From Chitinophaga niabensis (lineage in GTDB: Bacteria; Bacteroidota; Bacteroidia; Chitinophagales; Chitinophagaceae): DNA of 64,000 bases. Shown piece by piece: positions 52,217 through 62,079 of this stretch. The notes under the pieces are model-generated. The model worked only from the letters and a program-made list of their open reading frames with translations. It had not been told where the DNA came from and made no database searches. Numbering within the stretch: the first letter of the stretch is position 1; each line of letters opens with the position of its first letter. Where the stretch lies: contig JAFIGY010000020.1 of assembly GCA_017849435.1 (NCBI GenBank), positions 119,425 to 183,424 of the forward strand, in the 5' to 3' direction. The translations under genes and the position numbers were made by a program.

Positions 52217-52765
52217 TCAGTCTTTTTCAGACAGTGTGCGGAGCTTGTTCAGGCCTTCTTCCATGGAAGCACCGTACATCCGGTCCATCATGAACCCTCT
52301 TAGTTTCCACCAGGGCGTCATACCCACTTTCGTCTCCAGCCGCCATTGAATGGCCGTGCCCTTCCCATCAGCCGTGGGTTTCAGTTCTATAAATCCTTTC
52401 ACGGGTTTCATGGAAGGATGGGTCATATTGTAAACGATGCCTTTGGTGGAATCCGCAGAAACGATCTCTACTCTTCCGGATTCTTCGCTGCCCACGGTAT
52501 TGCTCCAGGTGAACCAGGCGCCCAGACCGGTGGCCGGTTTGGAATATTGTTGAAGGATATTGCCGGTATGAAGGTAACCCGGGTCCCAGGGATTCCAGGC
52601 CTGCCAGGTTTCCAGGTTACTGATCCGGGCATATACGGCGGAAACCGGTGCGTCGATGGAGCCGGAACGTTCCAGAGTGGCCGTGGAGGGGAACATCAGG
52701 GATAAAAGGAAGATCAGTATCCCGAATACAATGGCCGCAGCCAGGAACATTTTTAGAAATCGCAT
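52217..52765 (-). CDS. SRPBCC family protein with N-terminal membrane anchor
   Basis: 182 aa. An N-terminal TM helix is followed by a START/polyketide-cyclase-like pattern. It is a paralog of 53510-54046. Confidence 0.65.
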   Translation of the reverse strand: MRFLKMFLAAAIVFGILIFLLSLMFPSTATLERSGSIDAPVSAVYARISNLETWQAWNPWDPGYLHTGNILQQYSKPATGLGAWFTWSNTVGSEESGRVEIVSADSTKGIVYNMTHPSMKPVKGFIELKPTADGKGTAIQWRLETKVGMTPWWKLRGFMMDRMYGASMEEGLNKLRTLSEKD

Positions 52766-52847
52766 GGCTCAAAGTAAAAAATAAAAAGTCAATGTAACAA
52801 GCTGTTGCACCCGAAAACAGGAATTCAACACTGCGGCATGTTCGCAG

Positions 52848-52855
52848 TAATTTTG
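52848..52855 (+). promoter_or_regulatory. Bacteroidota -7 promoter box
   Basis: Exact TAATTTTG, 27 nt upstream of the ATG at 52883. Confidence 0.45.
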
Positions 52856-52882
52856 TAGATTGTGTGACAAAATTTTCCTTCC

Positions 52883-53506
52883 ATGCCTGCCGCCGTTAAC
52901 TGGCCAAAAGCCATTCAACCTTTATTGAAAAAATACAAGAACGAGAAGCATCCGCTGGATTACGGGAATACCTATCAGCTGGTGGTGATGGTGGTACTGT
53001 CAGCCCAGGATTCCGACAAACATATTAACAAGATCGCGCCGGCCTTTTTCAAAGCATTCCCCCATATGCAGGCGCTTTCCAAAGCCACTCCGGAAGCGTT
53101 GTACGAATTCATCGGGGATGTGCGGAATTTTGCCAACAAGGCCAAATGGCTGACGGGTATCGCAAAGACGGTAAAAAAGGACAGTAACATCCCGCTAAAC
53201 CTCGATGCTTTAACAGAGATGTCCGGCATCGGCAGAAAATCTGCGAACGTGATCCTGCGGGAATCCGGCCGGCCGGCGGAGGGGGTGATCGTGGATCTGC
53301 ATGTGGTGCGGGTAGCGCCGCGACTCGGCATTGCATCCGGAACCGATCCCAAAAAAATCGAGAAACAGATCATGGAAACGTTACCTCCGAAAGATTGGGA
53401 TGCGGGGATGGCTATGTCTTTCCTTGGCAGGGAAATATGCAGGCCGAAACCCAAGTGCGATGAATGCCTGATGAATAAAGTCTGCGCATTTTACCTCGGG
53501 CGATAG
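52883..53506 (+). CDS. Endonuclease III-like HhH-GPD DNA glycosylase domain protein
   Basis: HhH motif LTEMSGIGRKSANVIL and a C-terminal four-Cys cluster CRPKPKCDECLMNKVC. Confidence 0.8.
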   Translation: MPAAVNWPKAIQPLLKKYKNEKHPLDYGNTYQLVVMVVLSAQDSDKHINKIAPAFFKAFPHMQALSKATPEALYEFIGDVRNFANKAKWLTGIAKTVKKDSNIPLNLDALTEMSGIGRKSANVILRESGRPAEGVIVDLHVVRVAPRLGIASGTDPKKIEKQIMETLPPKDWDAGMAMSFLGREICRPKPKCDECLMNKVCAFYLGR

Positions 53507-53509
53507 TAC

Positions 53510-54046
53510 TCATTTCTTTTCCGTGAGAGACCGGAGGTTCTGTAATCCCTTCTCGAAGTCCCGCCCCACCCATTTATCCATTAGCTTCCCCATCAATTTG
53601 CGGAGGGGATTGGAACCCAGGTTGGCTTCCATGCCCCAGGTGACCAATGTTCCTTCCGCCAGCGCATCAAAGCGGAAATAACCTTTTGCAGCGCCCTGCT
53701 GCATAAAATTCATTTCGCAGCCGATATATTCATAAGGGCGGGATTCCGTGAGCATCAGGCTGCCTTTGCCAACATTACGATGCCGGCTTTCCCAGGAATA
53801 CCCGGCGCCCTGACCAGTATCATTGGGCGTATATACGATCTTCATTTCCGGGTCATAGGCATGCCATGGCGACCAGTGCGGCCAGTTGTGCAGAACGTTC
53901 ACCTCATTAAAAATCCCGGATGCCGGCGCGGCGATCAGCAGGGAGCGTTCCACCCTTACACGGGATGGCAGATAGAAAGAAAAGATGAAAAAACCCAGCA
54001 AGAGCACAGCCACAGCCCCCAGCAATACGAACAAGGCTTGTTGCAT
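53510..54046 (-). CDS. SRPBCC family protein with N-terminal membrane anchor
   Basis: 178 aa with the same architecture and a similar C-terminus (GLQNLRSLTEKK versus GLNKLRTLSEKD) as 52217-52765. Confidence 0.65.
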   Translation of the reverse strand: MQQALFVLLGAVAVLLLGFFIFSFYLPSRVRVERSLLIAAPASGIFNEVNVLHNWPHWSPWHAYDPEMKIVYTPNDTGQGAGYSWESRHRNVGKGSLMLTESRPYEYIGCEMNFMQQGAAKGYFRFDALAEGTLVTWGMEANLGSNPLRKLMGKLMDKWVGRDFEKGLQNLRSLTEKK

Positions 54047-54108
54047 AGAGTGCGTTTTAAGCGTGAGCAGACCTATAAGTTACGCTTATTCTGGTAAAAT
54101 TCCCGGAT

Positions 54109-55209
54109 TTATTCCCATTTGAAAACTTTCACCGCAGCGGCGTAAACGATCACGCCCCAGATGGTCAATACCAGTAATTGCGGACCAACGTCCCACAAAT
54201 GCAGCCCTTCAAAAGCTATTTTCCGGAGCGCATCGTTGAGATAAGTGAGTGGCAATATCTTGCAGAAAGGCTGGAGCCACGACGGGAAGACGTCCACGGA
54301 AAAGAAAGTGCCTGCCAGCAGGAATTGCGGCAGGGTGATAATGTTGGCCAGCGGTGGAATCGTGCTCTCCGCTTTGGCGATGCCGCTGACAATGAAGCCA
54401 AAGCCCATGAAAACGATCAGCCCGAAAAGACACAGCAATATCATTTCAAGGAAAGTGACAAAGCCGTTTATCAGGGTGAACCCAAATAAAAAGTGTCCGA
54501 TGCCGATGATGATCACGGAGCCGAATGACTGGAACAGGAGGCGGCTGAAGGCTTCTCCGAGGATGATATAGGTACGGTTGATCGGCGTGGCGAAAAAACG
54601 TTTGAGAACGAGGGTCTGGCGGAGGCTGAAAAATAAAAAAGCCGTTCCGAAAACGGCTGCGCTCAGCAGGGAAAAGCCCAGCTGGCCGGGCAGGATGAAG
54701 TCGATCGTTTTATACGCGCGGCCGGGGACCACTTCGGGTACTATCCGGGCCACCGAGGGGCGAGGGAACTGCGCATCATTAGCTTTGTTAATGCTGCTAC
54801 CCAGGAGGTTGAACACAATGCCGGTATTGTCGCCGCTGGCAGTGGATGTTTTCACATGGATCGCATACTGCGGGGCTGGTGGAGCCATATGGCTGTCCTC
54901 GATCTTGAGGATGGCAGTGATCCTGCCTTTCCGGAGATCATCTTCCATCTGCGCCTGAGGAACATCCGTGATCAGGCGCAGTCCCTTCCCCGCCTGCAAA
55001 GCCTTGTACACCGGATTGGCCGTATCGGAAGATTTATCCACGCCTACCCTTACGGATCCTCCCCGGCCTCCGATAAACCCGAATACGAGGATGAAAATGA
55101 GCGGGAAAGCAAGACTGAAAACCACAGCGGAAGGACTTCTGAAGATCCCCTTGATGCTCGCCTTCGTGATCGCCCACATCGCCCTCCACTGATTATATTT
55201 CACTGCCAT
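54109..55209 (-). CDS. ABC-2 type transporter permease
   Basis: 366 aa with one N-terminal TM helix, a large loop and 5 C-terminal TM helices, which is the ABC-2 topology. No ATPase gene is adjacent. Confidence 0.75.
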   Translation of the reverse strand: MAVKYNQWRAMWAITKASIKGIFRSPSAVVFSLAFPLIFILVFGFIGGRGGSVRVGVDKSSDTANPVYKALQAGKGLRLITDVPQAQMEDDLRKGRITAILKIEDSHMAPPAPQYAIHVKTSTASGDNTGIVFNLLGSSINKANDAQFPRPSVARIVPEVVPGRAYKTIDFILPGQLGFSLLSAAVFGTAFLFFSLRQTLVLKRFFATPINRTYIILGEAFSRLLFQSFGSVIIIGIGHFLFGFTLINGFVTFLEMILLCLFGLIVFMGFGFIVSGIAKAESTIPPLANIITLPQFLLAGTFFSVDVFPSWLQPFCKILPLTYLNDALRKIAFEGLHLWDVGPQLLVLTIWGVIVYAAAVKVFKWE

Positions 55210-55267
55210 GTATATTTTTTTAATGGCTGTAAAGCTAAATATTCAATTACGAATTTTCAAATACGAA

Positions 55268-55300
55268 AAGGCCCCTCAGCACTTGCCTGCCGGGGGCCTT
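55268..55300 (-). terminator. Hairpin terminator after the lipoprotein gene
   Basis: AAGGCCCC (55268-55275) pairs with GGGGCCTT (55293-55300). On the minus strand it is followed by TTTCGTATTT. Confidence 0.55.
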
Positions 55301-55327
55301 GATTATTCCTATACCCAATGAACGAAC

Positions 55328-56299
55328 TTAAAATGTATCCAGCGCCGTGATCTCCGCCTGCAAAGCAGCCTGCGTGGTCTCTTCCAGCGTCAGGGTCTCT
55401 GACTGGTTCGCGGTGATGGTAATATCTTTTTTGGCGAAATAGAATTTACCTTCCTTGATACAGAAAGAGAACAACCGCCCCGTTGCGCCCACCGGCATCA
55501 TATTGTCGTAGCTCTTCACTTTACCGGGCCCGTCCGGTGTATACAGTTGAGCGGCTACGTTATCATTCTTTCCTTTTGCTACAAAGAACACAAAGGTTTC
55601 TCCGGCAAAGGCCCTGAAACTGGCCATGGTGCCGGGGTTATTCAATACCGTGATGTGAATGGTGGTTTTAGGATTGACCATGGCCCAGAAGACATCGCAG
55701 TTGATCCAGCCCAGATTCCCAAAATCGAAAATAAATTTCTGCGCATTCACTTTCACTTCCTGCGCCTGCCCCGCGGCCTGCCTGGGAGCCTGCCATGCGA
55801 ATTGATTGCCCTGCACGGTATCAGTGCCGGCCCATATCTGTGTGAAGCCATCCCGACTGGTAGGCACTTCCACGTGAATAGGCACTTGCAACTGCGCATC
55901 CACAGACTGGCCATTGGATTTCACATCCACGAAAATCGAACCGTCTGATTTCAGCGGAGCCCCTGAAATATGATTGGTGTTGGCGCCAAAGGATACAAAG
56001 TCCGCACGTTTGAATAGTTCAAAAGCTTCAATAGACACCTGGCCGGTGACCGGCGTACCGTTCTTCGCCAGTGAACCAACCGGGAAAGTTATTTTAGTGC
56101 CTCCAGCCAGTGTGATGGTTCTCGGCAGTTCTGATGCATTAATGGTAAAGGTCTGTTTCTGGGGACCCAGCTTTTCTGTAAAAGCACGGGTATTCCGGAT
56201 AGGGTTGTTCTGTGGCTCAGTGGAATCATTCTTCATGCAGGATGCAAATAATAGGGATGTACCGGCTATGACCGCTGCTAATAAACTTTGCTTTTTCAT
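55328..56299 (-). CDS. Hypothetical lipoprotein
   Basis: Lipobox MKKQSLLAAVIAGTSLLFASC. 323 aa with beta-rich composition and no recognisable catalytic motif. Confidence 0.6.
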   Translation of the reverse strand: MKKQSLLAAVIAGTSLLFASCMKNDSTEPQNNPIRNTRAFTEKLGPQKQTFTINASELPRTITLAGGTKITFPVGSLAKNGTPVTGQVSIEAFELFKRADFVSFGANTNHISGAPLKSDGSIFVDVKSNGQSVDAQLQVPIHVEVPTSRDGFTQIWAGTDTVQGNQFAWQAPRQAAGQAQEVKVNAQKFIFDFGNLGWINCDVFWAMVNPKTTIHITVLNNPGTMASFRAFAGETFVFFVAKGKNDNVAAQLYTPDGPGKVKSYDNMMPVGATGRLFSFCIKEGKFYFAKKDITITANQSETLTLEETTQAALQAEITALDTF

Positions 56300-56534
56300 G
56301 AGATATTGATTTAAGTGATTGCCTACTCTTTTTGGGCTTTTCGGCGTCCGCCATGAAGCAAGTTTGAAAGAGGATCAACGACCGGAATATTTTGTTACCC
56401 CCTGCCGGGGATTTTTTTGAGAAAAGGTCAATAACGGCTGGTTAACAAATTTGGTTGCTGCGCCTATATAACTTTTGTTAAGTTTGGATTGGATCAGTTT
56501 GATCGCACCATATGTTATAATTAACTCATCTGGT

Positions 56535-56876
56535 ATGCCTGAAAAAGTACTACAGTCCACCGGAGTGGAACAGACCAGCATCATTGAAAAAATGTGTGAA
56601 TGTTATGATGATATCCTGACCCGTTTACACGAGTTTGATGCTTTCAGCGCTTCACAAATCATTTGCAATGTGATCAATGAGCACATTAAAAGGCTGTCCA
56701 CTTTCATCCGCCATCATAACGAGATGGCAGAATCCGCGGAAAAAAGCATGGAGGCTCTGGCGGATGGCCTTCGTCGCCTGCGCATGCAGGCGCAAAAGGA
56801 AGTGGATGACAATCACAACAATGTGATCCGCCTTAGCAAGGAAGAACGGGACCCTGTATATACAGACGAGGGCTGA
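56535..56876 (+). CDS. Hypothetical protein (helical, cytoplasmic)
   Basis: The ATG at 56535 (MPEKVLQSTG) is preferred over the TTG at 56475. 113 aa with no motif recognised. Confidence 0.45.
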   Translation: MPEKVLQSTGVEQTSIIEKMCECYDDILTRLHEFDAFSASQIICNVINEHIKRLSTFIRHHNEMAESAEKSMEALADGLRRLRMQAQKEVDDNHNNVIRLSKEERDPVYTDEG

Positions 56877-56882
56877 CCGGCG

Positions 56883-57647
56883 CTAGTGGCGGGGCGTCAG
56901 ACGCACGAACCGTGTATTTTCGCGCATCTCCGGGTCATTGTGGACATAATAATGTTGCAGCGCAAAAAGGGTATTTGCATCTTTCCATTTGATCGTTTCA
57001 GGCCCCCAGCTTTCCAGGTCCTGATCCTGGAGGAGTTGTACCTTTCCTTCTGCCAACACTTCATACAGCTGGAACCCGTTCTGCGTAAACGCTGCCTCCA
57101 GGTCCGTGTTGCTGCAAATAAAATATTTATTGTCCGGTGAGAACTGTGGAATACCAATGGTGCTGATCACCTCCCCTGTACGCGCACTTACCAGGTCATA
57201 GGCATACCATTCATAGCCGGCATGGAACACCAGCCAGCTTTGGATGGCGGGTAGATAAGCGTTGTAAGTATACTCCACATAATCGTCTCCATCTGTCTTG
57301 TTATTATTTACCAACGCCTTCTCCTGCCCGTTCTCCAGCCTGAAGATCAGGGAATCGCCCGAGCGGCGCACTTTCCCCGCTGCAGTACGGATATTCACCG
57401 CTTCACTGGTATCCGGTTTTATCTCCGGCACTTTGTTATATTCCGCTTCTGTTATCTCTGCAGCGTCATACAAAAGACCTTTGATCGTAACCGTATCCCT
57501 TCTCCCCGGCCCTGCAGCAGCTGCGGTGGTGGGCTGAACGGACGTAGCAGCAGAATCCCGCGCCGCCTGTCCGCCACTTTCCGAAGTAGTGGTCTGATTG
57601 CAGGCAACAAATGAAAATACAATGGCTGTAACAAGGATGCGTTTCAT
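56883..57647 (-). CDS. Hypothetical lipoprotein
   Basis: Lipobox MKRILVTAIVFSFVAC followed by a low-complexity linker. 254 aa. Confidence 0.6.
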   Translation of the reverse strand: MKRILVTAIVFSFVACNQTTTSESGGQAARDSAATSVQPTTAAAAGPGRRDTVTIKGLLYDAAEITEAEYNKVPEIKPDTSEAVNIRTAAGKVRRSGDSLIFRLENGQEKALVNNNKTDGDDYVEYTYNAYLPAIQSWLVFHAGYEWYAYDLVSARTGEVISTIGIPQFSPDNKYFICSNTDLEAAFTQNGFQLYEVLAEGKVQLLQDQDLESWGPETIKWKDANTLFALQHYYVHNDPEMRENTRFVRLTPRH

Positions 57648-57706
57648 GGGTAATGATATAATAGTTGTCAGCTGTAAATATACTTTTAAAGTTCAGATCG
57701 CAAAGT

Positions 57707-60088
57707 TTAGTTCTTCAATACCGGCGTTTTCAGTTTGTTCTTCTGCGGGGAAGGCTTTATTCCGCTGAATGCATCAAATACCTGGTCCCAATCCTGAGTA
57801 AAGCCAAGCTCCAGTATCTTTCCATCCGGAGAGATCACGTATTTGGAGGGATACCCCTTCACCTTGTAACTGCCCTGTACTTTGCCATCAGACATTCCTA
57901 CCGGTATATCATATCCCTCTTTGCTGAAAAGCGCCTGTACATCTGCAGGTGTATCACTACAGGAAATGGTCAGCAGCGAGCGCTCCGTGCTCCCGGCTAT
58001 CTTCTTTGCATAAGCATTGATCCGGGGCAGTTCTCTTCTGCAGGGACTGCACCAGGTGCCCCAGAAATCCAGCAGCACCCACTTTCCACGGTAATCGGAT
58101 AATTTGTACGTTTTCCCATCCACCCCCGTTAACGCAAAGTCGGGAGCCGTTTTCCATGATTTGCTGATCACTTTGTCAAAAAAGGTCTTGAAATCCTGGT
58201 CCGGCAAATGCTTCTCAAACGCTTTTTGCACTTCAGGCAGCATGGAAGGGTTTGCATTGACCTGCTGCGTAAGCACCATCATAGCTTCCCGTGTATCGCC
58301 TTTCCTGAACAGCTCATTTGCAAAGGCCTGCCGATAACTTTCCTCCGACCCCAGCATCAGCCGGTCATAAAAACTGTCGTATGCTTTCTCCTCAACGGAC
58401 CGCGGGGATACGGCTGCCGCTTTCCCCAGGTACTCAAGCGCTTTGCGGGAATCTGTGGTTTTCAGGGATGCCGACTTCAGCTGATACGCATAAGCCAGCA
58501 TATTCTGATCCTCATAACGCCTGTTACTGGTAGAGTCCACTGCATCTCTCTCCAGTTTTGCAATAGCATTGTCCAATACCGCTGCGGCTTCCACGTTATG
58601 CCCGCGCGCCGTAAGTAACTTTTGCAACATCAGGAAATAGCGGTTACTGTTGCCGTTCTGTGAATACGTAGTAGGCAGTGCTTTAAATGCATTTATCAGC
58701 TTGCGCAGGGAATCGATATGCGTTTGTTGCGTAGCCTTATAATAGAGATTAATGGGATAGGCAGCACTGCTAACAGCAGCATCCGTGCTACCCGCCATCC
58801 TTGTGGCCAGGGTCTTAGCGACCTTTCGCCGTACCTTGTCCTCCTCCAGTATCCGGTTGATCCTTTCTTCAGACAGGCCCTCCTTGCGCCAGGATGCTAC
58901 CGCTTCATCCCGGTTTTTTTCCGTCCATTCATACAACAAGGTTTGCGCATAACTGCGTTGTATCCAGTCTCTGTATAAACTGCCGGGCGCATGCGCCAGA
59001 TAGCCTATCACTGTCATGGCACTATCTGCATCCTGATTGATGGCGTCCTGCAGCTTATTATGCAAATGTGAGCCGTTCCCTTCGAGCAAATAATTAGGCG
59101 TATTACGCAAAGAATCATCATACACCTGGTAACTCATTGTACCCTGCAGGCTCTGGAGCATGCTAAGTTTTCGTTGTACATAAAACTTTTGTCTGCCCAA
59201 CAAAGGATCATACTTTGCCATGAAAGCATACAGGCGGGCAGAATCCATATCCCGGCCATTCTTGAGCGCATTACTCCAAAAGGAAGTTTTAATGGCTACC
59301 TCTTTCAATTCCACGGAGACGGGCGGCGGAACAGCTGCATCGTCTATCAGTTCCAGTCTGGTGGAGCTGTATAAAGGTTCGGCTCCTGTCATCCTGTACT
59401 CCTCCAATGCCTTCAATATTTTTCCGTTGGATTCATCCCAATCATATTTGCAATTAATTTCTGACGAAGGATATTTCCTGACATACACTGGTCCGAACTT
59501 GACAACGATCTGCCGGATGCCTCCCGGTGTACCGGAAATCGCATACAACATGGTAGAGTCCATATTAGACCATGCTGTTTCTTTTTGCAGGGTGAACGGA
59601 AAAAATATGGCGGCGGCTTCACTTCTCAGGTACATGTTGAATCCTGTCATCATGGTGTTCATATGTTCTTCCAATACGCCGAACGCCGCTATCTTTTCTT
59701 CCATACGTTTTTTTGTTGCGGGCTCAAGGGAAGTGCTCCCATCCTTGTTCACAATTAACGCCACCGGCTCATTCAGCAACACAACCTGCAACAACAGGTT
59801 TGTACTGTTGATGGAACAACCCAGTATCCTTTCCCTGTCAAGATGGGTATTCTCAACGCTGTCATGATAATCCAGCAAAGTACTTTCCACCCGTACCCCG
59901 CCGTCCGGCAACTTATCCAGCAGCCTGAAACGGTAAATGGCGGAAGACCTGACTACATACGCCTGTTTAAAGTTTTGCGCTACCCTGTAGGTAAGCGTCG
60001 TTCCTGTCTTCAGGGGGACAGACTGGCTGAAAGCAGCTTCCAGGGGAAACAGGATCAGTAAGAGCAGCAATAGTTTCCTTTGTTTCAT
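57707..60088 (-). CDS. TlpA family thiol-disulfide oxidoreductase with about 620-aa N-terminal extension, secreted
   Basis: Signal peptide present. The C-terminal thioredoxin fold has LLDFWGTWCSPCRRELP (CxxC). The N-terminal two thirds are unassigned. Confidence 0.8.
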   Translation of the reverse strand: MKQRKLLLLLLILFPLEAAFSQSVPLKTGTTLTYRVAQNFKQAYVVRSSAIYRFRLLDKLPDGGVRVESTLLDYHDSVENTHLDRERILGCSINSTNLLLQVVLLNEPVALIVNKDGSTSLEPATKKRMEEKIAAFGVLEEHMNTMMTGFNMYLRSEAAAIFFPFTLQKETAWSNMDSTMLYAISGTPGGIRQIVVKFGPVYVRKYPSSEINCKYDWDESNGKILKALEEYRMTGAEPLYSSTRLELIDDAAVPPPVSVELKEVAIKTSFWSNALKNGRDMDSARLYAFMAKYDPLLGRQKFYVQRKLSMLQSLQGTMSYQVYDDSLRNTPNYLLEGNGSHLHNKLQDAINQDADSAMTVIGYLAHAPGSLYRDWIQRSYAQTLLYEWTEKNRDEAVASWRKEGLSEERINRILEEDKVRRKVAKTLATRMAGSTDAAVSSAAYPINLYYKATQQTHIDSLRKLINAFKALPTTYSQNGNSNRYFLMLQKLLTARGHNVEAAAVLDNAIAKLERDAVDSTSNRRYEDQNMLAYAYQLKSASLKTTDSRKALEYLGKAAAVSPRSVEEKAYDSFYDRLMLGSEESYRQAFANELFRKGDTREAMMVLTQQVNANPSMLPEVQKAFEKHLPDQDFKTFFDKVISKSWKTAPDFALTGVDGKTYKLSDYRGKWVLLDFWGTWCSPCRRELPRINAYAKKIAGSTERSLLTISCSDTPADVQALFSKEGYDIPVGMSDGKVQGSYKVKGYPSKYVISPDGKILELGFTQDWDQVFDAFSGIKPSPQKNKLKTPVLKN

Positions 60089-60126
60089 AGATAAACGTAT
60101 AACATGGATTTATTAAAAATAAAAAA

Positions 60127-60165
60127 AACGGGCGTGAAAAAGCAATGCTCTTCTCACTTCCCGTT
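60127..60165 (-). terminator. Rho-independent terminator after sppA
   Basis: AACGGG..GTGA (60127-60137) pairs with TCAC..CCCGTT (60154-60165). On the minus strand it is followed by TTTTTTTTATTTTT. Confidence 0.6.
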
Positions 60166-60194
60166 CATTAAAAAAAATTTTTACAGTCGATCCG

Positions 60195-61946
60195 TTACTG
60201 GATGGTCATATCATATGGTAGTTTCGCCTGCACACCTTTCGTAAGATTCCTCAGCCCCTGGATCGTTTTGTACAGCTGATAGTGCTCGCCCAGTTCGTCT
60301 TTCACCATGCTTTCCTTCACGCTCGCGCCAAATCCTTTCAGCAACCGCTGGTAGGGGTTCTTGGGCTTGGGATAGGCCACTACTTTCGCTTCGGGCAGGT
60401 TCGCCATTTTAGCGGCACAGGCCAGGGCGTCATTCACACCTCCGATCCGGTCTACCAGTCCCAGTTCTTTCGCGCGGATACCGGTCCAAACCCGGCCCTG
60501 CGAAATACTGTCCACCACCGCGCTGCTCAGTTTGCGGCCTTCCACCACACGATTCTTGAAGGTTACATAGATACTGTCTACCGCACGCTGCACCAGCGCG
60601 TTTTCTTTTGCGGTAAGGGGGCGGGTGGCATTTCCGAGATCAGCATACTGGGCTGTTTTCACACCATCAAAGGTGATACCCAGTTTGTGATTGAAGAAAC
60701 CCTGCATGTTCGGCAGCACCGCAAACACGCCGATAGAGCCCGTAAGCGTACCTTTTTCCGCGAAAATGGAATCCGCCATACAAGCGATATAGTAACCGCC
60801 GGAAGCGGCATAATTTCCCATGGAAACGATCACCGGTTTGCTTTTACGGGCCAGGCTCAGCTCACGCCAGATCCCCTCGGCCGCCAGCGCACTACCTCCC
60901 GGTGAGTTCACCCGCAACACAATGGCTTTGATATCTTTATCCTGCCGCGCCTCCCGGATCACCTTGATGTAGTCATCACTTGCAATAGTGGTTTCATTGT
61001 TGGCTGTTCCGCTAACGATGTCGCCCTGCGCATAGATAAGCGCCACGTTCCCGCTTACATCGGAAAGACCGTTGGCGGTATTGTAGGTAGCGAGGGATAC
61101 GAAATTCACTTTCTCATCCCCTTTGAGCGCCAGGTTACGCTTGATCTCGTCCATCACCTGGTCATCATACTTCAAACCATCTACCAGTTTATATTTCAGG
61201 GCGTCTTCCGGGAACTGGATGCTGCCTTCATTGGCATACTGGTGTAAAGTAGCGGTGTCAATACCCCTGGAAACACTCACTTTCTGCAGGAATTCACCAT
61301 ACAGTTCGTTGAGGAAAGCGGTGGTCTGGATACGGTTGGCATCGGTCATTTTTGTTTCGCGTAAAGGCTCGGTAGCGCTCTTGAACTTGCCGTTGTAGAA
61401 GATCTGCGGCTGAATCTCGAGCTTTTCAAGGGTACCTTTCAGATACATCATGGTCATGGCATATCCGTTGAAATCGAAGCCCCCCTTGGGATGCAGGTAT
61501 ATTTTATCCGCTGTGGACGCCAGGTAATAAGCGTTCTGGGACATTCCTTCCGCATACGCATATACGAACTTCCTGCTTTTCCTGAAATCGGCGATGGCAT
61601 TGCGCAGTTCTTCATTGCTCGCAAATCCGTTGCTGTTGCCTTCGGCCTTGAGATAGATGCCTTTCACATTATCGTCTGTGGCCGCATACCGGATCAGTCG
61701 CACAACATCATATAATCCGGGCACCACGCCCGGCTCATCGTCGAACATCTCTTTCCAGGGCTGCTCTATCCGCTGTTCGTTGAACGTTTGGGTCAGGTCT
61801 ACCACCAGTACGGCATTTGGACTGATCACCACCTTGCGGGCGGAGGTAATGCGTGCCAGCATCATCAGCGAGAAAAAGAAAGCGATAATGGTAAAGAAAA
61901 TGAGGGCCAGAAAGGATGCAAAGAAAAACTTGAGGAAACTGCGCAT
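60195..61946 (-). CDS. sppA: Signal peptide peptidase SppA, 67K type
   Basis: The preferred start is MRSFLKFFFASFLALIFF at 61946. Two S49 domains are present: VNSPGGSALAAE and the GNYAASGGYYIA segment. Confidence 0.88.
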   Translation of the reverse strand: MRSFLKFFFASFLALIFFTIIAFFFSLMMLARITSARKVVISPNAVLVVDLTQTFNEQRIEQPWKEMFDDEPGVVPGLYDVVRLIRYAATDDNVKGIYLKAEGNSNGFASNEELRNAIADFRKSRKFVYAYAEGMSQNAYYLASTADKIYLHPKGGFDFNGYAMTMMYLKGTLEKLEIQPQIFYNGKFKSATEPLRETKMTDANRIQTTAFLNELYGEFLQKVSVSRGIDTATLHQYANEGSIQFPEDALKYKLVDGLKYDDQVMDEIKRNLALKGDEKVNFVSLATYNTANGLSDVSGNVALIYAQGDIVSGTANNETTIASDDYIKVIREARQDKDIKAIVLRVNSPGGSALAAEGIWRELSLARKSKPVIVSMGNYAASGGYYIACMADSIFAEKGTLTGSIGVFAVLPNMQGFFNHKLGITFDGVKTAQYADLGNATRPLTAKENALVQRAVDSIYVTFKNRVVEGRKLSSAVVDSISQGRVWTGIRAKELGLVDRIGGVNDALACAAKMANLPEAKVVAYPKPKNPYQRLLKGFGASVKESMVKDELGEHYQLYKTIQGLRNLTKGVQAKLPYDMTIQ

Positions 61947-62056
61947 GTTATTGTATTGTTTATATTCTGAAACACCGGGAGAACACTTTCGGACGCTCCC
62001 ATAGCGGCTCAAAATGCGAAATCTTCATTAATTTTTCCAAAAATAAGGAATATGGC

Positions 62057-62064
62057 TACTTTTG
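62057..62064 (+). promoter_or_regulatory. Bacteroidota -7 promoter box for folK
   Basis: Exact TACTTTTG, 15 nt upstream of the ATG at 62080. Confidence 0.45.
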
Positions 62065-62079
62065 GGCCGTTAAAAATAC

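Noticed and set aside
56375-56584. 69-aa minus-strand ORF in the gap upstream of the lipoprotein gene
   Set aside because: It has no promoter box, motif or coding-like composition. It overlaps the better-supported plus-strand ORF starting at 56535.
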